Positions 49,714-55,850 of a DNA stretch of 55,850 nucleotides are shown one piece after another (the stretch's first letter is position 1; the number at the start of each line of letters is the position of its first letter). The notes beneath the pieces were generated by a model that was given only the letters and a program-made list of their open reading frames with translations, was not told the origin of the DNA and made no database searches. This stretch comes from Candidatus Phoenicimicrobium oleiphilum (GTDB lineage Bacteria > Atribacterota > Phoenicimicrobiia > Phoenicimicrobiales > Phoenicimicrobiaceae). The position numbers were made by a program, and so were the translations under genes. The stretch covers positions 1 to 55,850 of the forward strand of contig JBDIWJ010000007.1 of assembly GCA_039638295.1 (NCBI GenBank), in the 5' to 3' direction.

Positions 49714-50714
49714 AGAAACGTGGGAGAGGAATAGCTACTATTATGTTCGGTTTTGGTTATGGAGAAGGATTTCCTGACCACTCCATTGCTTCAGCAGAAG
49801 TTGAAGATGAGGGAAAGATTCTAATAAGAACTGCTGCAGCAGATGTAGGACAGGGTGTTTTAACTGTAATTACTCAGATTGCAGCAGAGGTTTTAAAGGT
49901 GAAGCCGGAGGTAATCAGAATTATTCCTGGCGATACTCATTTAACTAAAAATTCCGGCTCTTCTTCAGCAACCCGGCAGACATTTTTTACTGGCAATGCA
50001 GTGAAAAAGGCTTCAGAAGGGTTGTTGAGTAATATTTATCATTATGCCAGTATTGAGTTTAGAAGCAATTATGTAGAATTAGGAATAAAAGATGGTTATA
50101 TTTTTAGAAATGATAATCCAAATAATAAAATAAGTTATTGGGAATTAGCCAAGAGGGTAAAAGAAAAAGGTGATTGTTTAAAGGCAGAAGCGTCCTTCTT
50201 CCCTCACACTGATAAACCCGACCCCAAAACCGGACAGGGCGAAAAAGTTTATGTGGCTTATACCTTTGTTACCCAGGTGGTTGAAGTGGAAGTTGATACC
50301 GATACGGGTATTGTTCAAGTATTAAATGTGTATACTACGGCAGATATCGGTAAAGCTGTAAATCCTAAGAACGTGGAAGGGCAGATAGAAGGAGGAACCG
50401 TCCAGGGGATAGGTATGGCTCTGATGGAAGAGCAGGTTGTTAAAGAAGGCATCACCTTGAATCCGGATTTAACCGGTTATCTAATTCCTACTTCTATGGA
50501 CACTCCTCTCTTCACTACTCGGATAGTAGAAAACGAAGATTCAGAAGGGCCTTTTGGAGCCAAGGGAATCGGGGAACCGGCTACTATTGCCACTGCTCCG
50601 GCCATTGCCAATGCCATTTATGATGCCACAGGGGCAAGAATCTGCGACCTTCCTATCACTCCGGAAAAGATTCTAAAAGCCCTGAAAGAGAAGAGAGGGG
50701 ACTGCAAGGAATAG
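49710..50714 (+). CDS. Mo-hydroxylase medium subunit, C-terminal half
   Basis: MKKRGRG, DVGQG, SSATRQT, GQIEGG, GAKGIGEP; ATGA coupling with SD GGAGG. Confidence 0.9.
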   Translation: MKKRGRGIATIMFGFGYGEGFPDHSIASAEVEDEGKILIRTAAADVGQGVLTVITQIAAEVLKVKPEVIRIIPGDTHLTKNSGSSSATRQTFFTGNAVKKASEGLLSNIYHYASIEFRSNYVELGIKDGYIFRNDNPNNKISYWELAKRVKEKGDCLKAEASFFPHTDKPDPKTGQGEKVYVAYTFVTQVVEVEVDTDTGIVQVLNVYTTADIGKAVNPKNVEGQIEGGTVQGIGMALMEEQVVKEGITLNPDLTGYLIPTSMDTPLFTTRIVENEDSEGPFGAKGIGEPATIATAPAIANAIYDATGARICDLPITPEKILKALKEKRGDCKE

Positions 50715-50752
50715 CTAATTTGAAAGTTAATTTTTTACATAATTTTAAGGTT

Positions 50753-51967
50753 TTACCTCTTTGGATTAGATAAGAGACTAGCCCGGGTTACGGCTTTAGT
50801 GCCAAATTTTTCTCTGATTTTATCTAAGGACTGAGTAAGCTGTTCTAATTTATCACCTTTTTTATCCTCTTCCTCTCTTAAGAGCTTCAATTGTTTTCTT
50901 TCATTTCCCGAAGCAAGATTGGAGAGTTTTATCCCTAAAAGTCTAACCCCGCCTTTTTTACATCTTACTTTGCCCAGGAGTTCTACCACGGTTTTAAAGA
51001 TGATATCATCAAGATTGGTAGGGTTTTCTAAAGTCTTAGACCTGTTAAAGGTAGTAAAATTCTGAAATCTTATTTTTAAGGTAATGGTTCGGCCTTTATA
51101 ACTTTTTCTTCGGGCGACATAACCCACCTGCTGAGAAAGTTTGAGCAATTCTTTTACCAAAATTTCTTTTTCGGTTATATTAGTGCTAAAAGTCGTTTCT
51201 TTGCCGATAGATTTTGCGGTTGATGGAGGAGTAACCGGATTCTCGTCTATCCCCTGAGCCAGAAGTTTTATCTTTTTTGCGTTTTTCCCCAGAAGATTTT
51301 CCAGGATAGAATCAGGCATCCGGGCTAATTGTTCTACCCGGTAAATACCGGATTTGTTAAGTAATTCTTCCGTCTTTTTCCCTATGCCCCAGAGAGCAGA
51401 GATGGGGAGGGGATAGAGAATTTTTTGAATATCTTTTGAAGGGATGATGTAGAAACCGTCCGGCTTCCCCAGGTTGGTGGCTATCTTGGCTAAGAATTTA
51501 TTCTCTGCTATTCCTACCGAAACCTTGAGTCCTAATTCTTGATAAACTCTTTCTTTAATTTTTCTGCCGATTATTTCAGATGAGCCAAAGAGTGATTCAC
51601 ACCCGGATACATCTAAAAAAAGTTCATCTACACTCAACGGTTCTATTAGAGGGGTATAAGTGCTGCATACCTGAAAGAATTTGCGGGATTCCTTTAAATA
51701 TTTGTTCATTTGGGTGGGGACAAAAATTCCTCGGGGGCATTTTTGGCGAGCTTCCCAGATAGGCATACCAGCACGAATACCATATTTACGGGCTTCATAG
51801 GAAGCGGTACAGACTACTCCACGATTCAAATTACTTACTCCTCCGCCACTTATTCCTCCTACAATAAGAGGTTTATCCCGATAGGCCGGGTTATCTCTTT
51901 GTTCTACGGAAGCAAAGAAGGCATCGAGATCCAGATGAATTATGGATAGACGATTGATGTTGTCCAC
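50753..51967 (-). CDS. dinB: DNA polymerase IV (Y family)
   Basis: HLDLDAFFASVE, ASYEAR, SVDE, KPDG, KSIGKETTF. Confidence 0.95.
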   Translation of the reverse strand: MDNINRLSIIHLDLDAFFASVEQRDNPAYRDKPLIVGGISGGGVSNLNRGVVCTASYEARKYGIRAGMPIWEARQKCPRGIFVPTQMNKYLKESRKFFQVCSTYTPLIEPLSVDELFLDVSGCESLFGSSEIIGRKIKERVYQELGLKVSVGIAENKFLAKIATNLGKPDGFYIIPSKDIQKILYPLPISALWGIGKKTEELLNKSGIYRVEQLARMPDSILENLLGKNAKKIKLLAQGIDENPVTPPSTAKSIGKETTFSTNITEKEILVKELLKLSQQVGYVARRKSYKGRTITLKIRFQNFTTFNRSKTLENPTNLDDIIFKTVVELLGKVRCKKGGVRLLGIKLSNLASGNERKQLKLLREEEDKKGDKLEQLTQSLDKIREKFGTKAVTRASLLSNPKR

Positions 51968-51989
51968 TATTTTTTATTCCTTTCTGACT

Positions 51990-52265
51990 AATTAGTCGTT
52001 GGTGAATAGTCGTTAGTATTTAGTTAGCCAGTTACCCGGTTTGCCAGTTAATATTAATTCACCAATTCACCAATTGTCCAATTGCCCGATTTAACAATTC
52101 GCCAATTTTTTATGTCTACCGGTCAGCCAGTCTACCAGTCTCCCGGTCAATTTAGTCAATGGTGAATGAATCCTATGGCAAACACAAGGTTTGCCCCTAC
52201 TTCAGGCACCTGGTTTCCATCTCCTTCACGAGATACGATTCACGAGATACGAGATACGAATTTAT
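51990..52265. repeat. Octamer/heptamer mosaic repeat with GTAG-REP, overlapping the dnaE 3' end
   Basis: agttagccagttacccggtttgccagtta (inverted match to 42011-42039), ccaattca-ccaattgt-ccaattgc, cacgagatacgattcacgagatacgagatacg, ggcaaacacaaggtttgcc-cctac. Confidence 0.72.
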
Positions 52266-55200
52266 ATTCACAATCTTTCGGGCGATTATTTTAGAATCAC
52301 CATCATTTTTACTTAAAGTACCTTCTATCAAAAGAGGTGCTTCCTTACGAAATAGATTAGAATATTTTTGATAGACTGCTGGAAAGGTAATTGCCTCAAA
52401 GAAACCCGCTTCATCTTCCAGGAGCAGGAAAGCCATAACTTGTCTTTGTTTGGTGAATTGTCTTCTCACTTGAATTAGTATTCCTACTACGAAGATGGGT
52501 TTCTGGTTGCAAATATCTTCTATTTGATTGGACTTTATAATTGAAAAGCAGGCTAGTTCTTTGTAGTATCTGCTTAAGGGATGGTCACTTATATATAAAT
52601 CGAGTATTTCTTTTTCTAAATTCATTTGGAAAGATTTAGAAAAGGGATATGCGGGGATTGAGTCAGAGGCAATAAGTTCAGTATTCCGTAATTCTCTCTC
52701 TTCGGATATTTTATTTTTAACCCTATCTTTAGCCTTTTTTCTAACCTCTTTTAAAGTAAGAGGAAGTAAAGTCAATAGTGCGGAACGAGAATAAGTAGTA
52801 AAATCAAAAGCACCCACCTTAATTAGATTTTCTATCAATGGTTGATTGATTCTTGAAGATATAGTTTTGCAGCAGAAATCATACAGGGAATTAAACCTTT
52901 GGTATTCCTTTCTGAGGGATAGAATCGATTTTAAATGTTTTTCCCCCATACCTTTTATTTTACTCAATCCCACCCGGATAGCTCCTTCTTCTACGGTAAA
53001 GCCAGCTTCACTCTTATTTATATCAGGAGAGAGTACTTTAACTTTAAGGCGTCGGGCTTCCTGAATATAACGGTCAGGAGAATAATAACCCATACCACAG
53101 GTGAGTAGGGAAGCCAGGTAGTAAGCGGGATAATGTACTTTAAGATAACAGGTTATAAAAGAGATCAAGGCATAGGAGGTACTGTGTGCTTTATTAAAAC
53201 CGTAGTGAGCAAATTTGGAAATTAGATTAAAAATATTTTCTGCTTCTTCTTGAGTATTCCCTTGATTTATGGCTTTTTTAAGGAAATTATCTCTCTGTTT
53301 TTCCATTTCTACCGGCGAACGAGAGCTGATGGCTCGACGAAAGAGGTCGGCTTCTCCTAAGCTAAGATTGGCAAAAGCAGAAACTACCTGCATAACCTGT
53401 TCCTGATAAAGGATAACTCCAAAAGTGTCTTTTAAAATGGGTTCCAATTTGGGATGTAGATAAATTATTTCTTCTTCTCCCCGTTTTCTTTTAAGATAGT
53501 GTTCAGTCATTCCACTATCTAAGGGACCTGGTCGATATAAAGATAAGGCAGCAATTAAATCGTCTAAGCAAGAAGGAGAAACCTTCTTTAGAAGAGAGGA
53601 CATCCCTGAACTTTCCAACTGGAAGACTCCCAGAGTCTTGCCCTCTTGCAGGGCAAAAAAAGTAGCTTTATCGTCAAGAGGAATTTTATTAAGATCAATA
53701 TCTGTATTATTTTCTTTTAACATTTCTAAAGTCTTTTTAATTACAGTAAGGCTGCGGGAGCCCAGGATATCCATCTTCAATAAGCCTAAATCTTTGATGG
53801 ATTCTTTTTCATATTGGCTGACTATCTCTCCCTGATTAGTTACCTCCAGAGGGACTACTTCTGAAAGCGGTCTATCTGAGATTATCATTGAGGAGGCGTG
53901 TACGGAGAGATGTCGAGGTTTTCCTTCTATGGCCTGAGCAAAAGAGAATAGTGATTTAAGGGGTTCCTGGTCACAGGGAAGTTTTTGCAGTTCAGGTAAA
54001 TGTTTAAGAGCAGCTTTAATTACTCCTGGTGAGGAGAATATAGGCATAAATTGGGCAATTTTATTTATTTCCTGAGGGAGGAATCCCAGTGCTCTCCCCG
54101 CATCTCGAATGGCTGAGCGGGCAGCGTAAGTGGAAATAGTGCTGACATGGGTTACCCGATTATTCCCAAATTTCTTAAATATATAAGAGATTACTTTTTC
54201 TCTCCCCAGCTGACCAAAATCAATATCTATATCCGGAAGGTCTATTCTTTCCGGGTTGAGGAATCTTTCAAAAAAGAGTCGGTATTTTAGAGGGTCTACC
54301 TCAGTGATATTAAGAAGATAAGAGACTAAACTGCCAGCCGAAGAACCCTTTCCCGGTCCTACTGGGATATTGTTCTGTTTAGCAAAGCGGACTATATCCC
54401 AGACAATTAGAAAATATCCGGCAAAACCTATCTGATTGATTATTTTTAATTCATATTCTAAACGGGTTTTGACTTCTGGTGAGGGGAGAGAATAATATTT
54501 TTTGAGTCCATCCAGACAAAGTTTTTTTAAATAATCCTGAGCAGAACAATAAGAAGAGGGGAGGGGATATGCCGGGAGATGAATTTCTTCTAAATCAAGT
54601 TTTAAGTTGCATTTTTCAGCGATTTTAATTGAGTTTTTAAGGGCTTGAGGCACCCGGGAAAATATTTTTTCCATCTCTGAGGGGGACTTAAAGTAGTATT
54701 CGTCAGTCTCCAGTCTTTGGTGATAAAACCTTTCCTTTGTTCCCAAATTAGCAATCTTGTTTAAAAGACGCTGAGAGGAGGCTTGATTTTTTTCTAAGTA
54801 ATGAACATTATTAGTTGCTACTACGGGAATATTTAATTTTCGTCCCATTTCTATCAATTGGGAATTAATTTCTTTTTCTTGAGCGAAGCCATGAAAATAC
54901 AATTCTAAGTAAAAGTTTTCTTTACCGAATACCTGTTGATACCAGCAAGCAGCTTTTTCGGCTTGTCTGACCTTCTTTTGGGAAAGAAGAAGAGGTATTT
55001 CTCCGTTATTACACCCGCTTAGACCAATAATTCCTTTGCTGTATTTAACCAAGATATCTTTTTCTATAGCTGGGATAGAGTTAGGATTAGATAAATGGGC
55101 TTTGGTAATAATCTGACAGAGATTATTGTATCCCTTTTTATCTTTGGCTAAAAGAAGAAGGTGATACACCTCTTTAGATTTTTGATTAGTTTTGATCCTT

Positions 55201-55400
55201 ATTTCACAGCCGATAATGGGTTTTATTCCTGCACTCTTTGCTTTTTTATAAAACTGAATAGCACCATAGAGCCCATCATGGTCAGTCAAGGCCAATGCTG
55301 CCATCTTAAATTTTGCAGCTTTTTTTATTAAATCCTCAATACTGCAAAGTCCATCTTGCATACTGTATTGAGAATGTACATGTAAATGCACCATATCCAT
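52197..55400 (-). CDS. dnaE: DNA polymerase III alpha subunit paralogue (probable error-prone DnaE2-type)
   Basis: PHP HLHVHSQYS, LTDHD, FERFLNPER, PDIDIDF, GFNKAH, OB fold; about 1067 aa; adjacent to dinB. Confidence 0.9.
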   Translation of the reverse strand: MDMVHLHVHSQYSMQDGLCSIEDLIKKAAKFKMAALALTDHDGLYGAIQFYKKAKSAGIKPIIGCEIRIKTNQKSKEVYHLLLLAKDKKGYNNLCQIITKAHLSNPNSIPAIEKDILVKYSKGIIGLSGCNNGEIPLLLSQKKVRQAEKAACWYQQVFGKENFYLELYFHGFAQEKEINSQLIEMGRKLNIPVVATNNVHYLEKNQASSQRLLNKIANLGTKERFYHQRLETDEYYFKSPSEMEKIFSRVPQALKNSIKIAEKCNLKLDLEEIHLPAYPLPSSYCSAQDYLKKLCLDGLKKYYSLPSPEVKTRLEYELKIINQIGFAGYFLIVWDIVRFAKQNNIPVGPGKGSSAGSLVSYLLNITEVDPLKYRLFFERFLNPERIDLPDIDIDFGQLGREKVISYIFKKFGNNRVTHVSTISTYAARSAIRDAGRALGFLPQEINKIAQFMPIFSSPGVIKAALKHLPELQKLPCDQEPLKSLFSFAQAIEGKPRHLSVHASSMIISDRPLSEVVPLEVTNQGEIVSQYEKESIKDLGLLKMDILGSRSLTVIKKTLEMLKENNTDIDLNKIPLDDKATFFALQEGKTLGVFQLESSGMSSLLKKVSPSCLDDLIAALSLYRPGPLDSGMTEHYLKRKRGEEEIIYLHPKLEPILKDTFGVILYQEQVMQVVSAFANLSLGEADLFRRAISSRSPVEMEKQRDNFLKKAINQGNTQEEAENIFNLISKFAHYGFNKAHSTSYALISFITCYLKVHYPAYYLASLLTCGMGYYSPDRYIQEARRLKVKVLSPDINKSEAGFTVEEGAIRVGLSKIKGMGEKHLKSILSLRKEYQRFNSLYDFCCKTISSRINQPLIENLIKVGAFDFTTYSRSALLTLLPLTLKEVRKKAKDRVKNKISEERELRNTELIASDSIPAYPFSKSFQMNLEKEILDLYISDHPLSRYYKELACFSIIKSNQIEDICNQKPIFVVGILIQVRRQFTKQRQVMAFLLLEDEAGFFEAITFPAVYQKYSNLFRKEAPLLIEGTLSKNDGDSKIIARKIVNINSYLVSRESYLVKEMETRCLK

Positions 55401-55419
55401 TTTTTAAAATCCTTTCTTA

Positions 55420-55649
55420 CTAAATCAGTCGTTAGTGAGCGGATACAATACACCCCTACCTCCGAAGTTATAAACCTGTCACCTATCACTTATTACTCAT
55501 CACTAATTACTAATTATCAATTAACCAGCTAACTAACTAACCAACTATATCCGCTATCTTTTCTTTCTTCTTAACGAGATACGATTCACGAGACTTGTCC
55601 TCGTGAAAATGGGGATACGAGATACGAATTAATTTTGCAACTCGTATCC
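55420..55649. repeat. Mosaic intergenic repeat, inverted relative of 18200-18380
   Basis: cctccgaagttataaac, ttactcatcact, cgagatacgattcacga, ttgcaactcgtatccc. Confidence 0.7.
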
Positions 55650-55663
55650 CGAACTAATGTTTG
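55650..55663. promoter_or_regulatory. LexA (Cheo-type) SOS box candidate
   Basis: CGAAC-TAAT-GTTTG matches GAAC-N4-GTTY, upstream of dnaE-dinB. Confidence 0.6.
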
Positions 55664-55697
55664 TATCGGAGGGCAAAAAAAATATAAGTAATCTTTT

Positions 55698-55850
55698 TTA
55701 ATCCTGTTCCTCTTTTTCCTGCCCTTTCTCTACTTCTTTAATTTCTCCAGCTTTTATTTCTTCTCTAAGGAGTTTGATTAACATCAAGGCATTTTTAACT
55801 GCTTTAGCTTTATAATGATTGTTCATAAAGATATATTGGTCGGTGGTTTT
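55698..55850 (-). CDS. C-terminus of a DUF72 (YecE-like) protein, partial at the window edge
   Basis: KTTDQYIFMNNHYKAKAVKNALML...QD*, resembling the YxFxNNH..A..NA tail of DUF72. Confidence 0.65.
   Translation of the reverse strand, partial: KTTDQYIFMNNHYKAKAVKNALMLIKLLREEIKAGEIKEVEKGQEKEEQD

Noticed and set aside
80..53835. Short antisense or out-of-frame ORFs nested in long genes (e.g. 80..349, 16613..17023, 30619..30921, 37823..38080)
   Set aside because: Shadows of well-supported genes with no independent evidence

Overview
Low-GC bacterial chromosomal window from an anaerobe; a Firmicutes-like or Atribacterota-like origin is inferred from composition and gene content only. The left end has an HI0933-family flavoprotein, a GT2, sbcD-sbcC, a CUT1 sugar ABC transporter with a HAD phosphatase, and a frameshifted amidinotransferase. 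About 11.3-50.7 kb is a purine/nucleoside catabolism region interleaved with a selenocysteine locus. The catabolic part has an HTH-cupin regulator, an allantoinase-like amidohydrolase, two carbamoyltransferases, carbamate kinase, two PLP enzymes, an M20 hydrolase, two Mo-hydroxylase sets, a deaminase, SsnA, YgfK, a nucleoside ABC transporter and two Udp paralogues. The selenium locus reads selC-selA-selB-selD(Sec)-Ig-domain lipoprotein-HesB-like selenoprotein on the minus strand. The ORF track misses or truncates the UGA-recoded genes. SelD (U16) and the HesB-like protein (U36) each have a SECIS-like hairpin. Most notably, the Ig-domain lipoprotein between them ends GGG-UGA-GS-UAA followed by a non-terminator hairpin, making it a candidate new surface selenoprotein. 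The tRNA-Sec has a non-canonical 12-bp acceptor/T branch. The right end has a partial DUF72-like gene, dnaE and dinB with a LexA-like box. Intergenic DNA holds a candidate anti-Shine-Dalgarno sRNA, four sigma-H-like promoters, REP-like palindromes and a dispersed heptamer/octamer mosaic repeat family.
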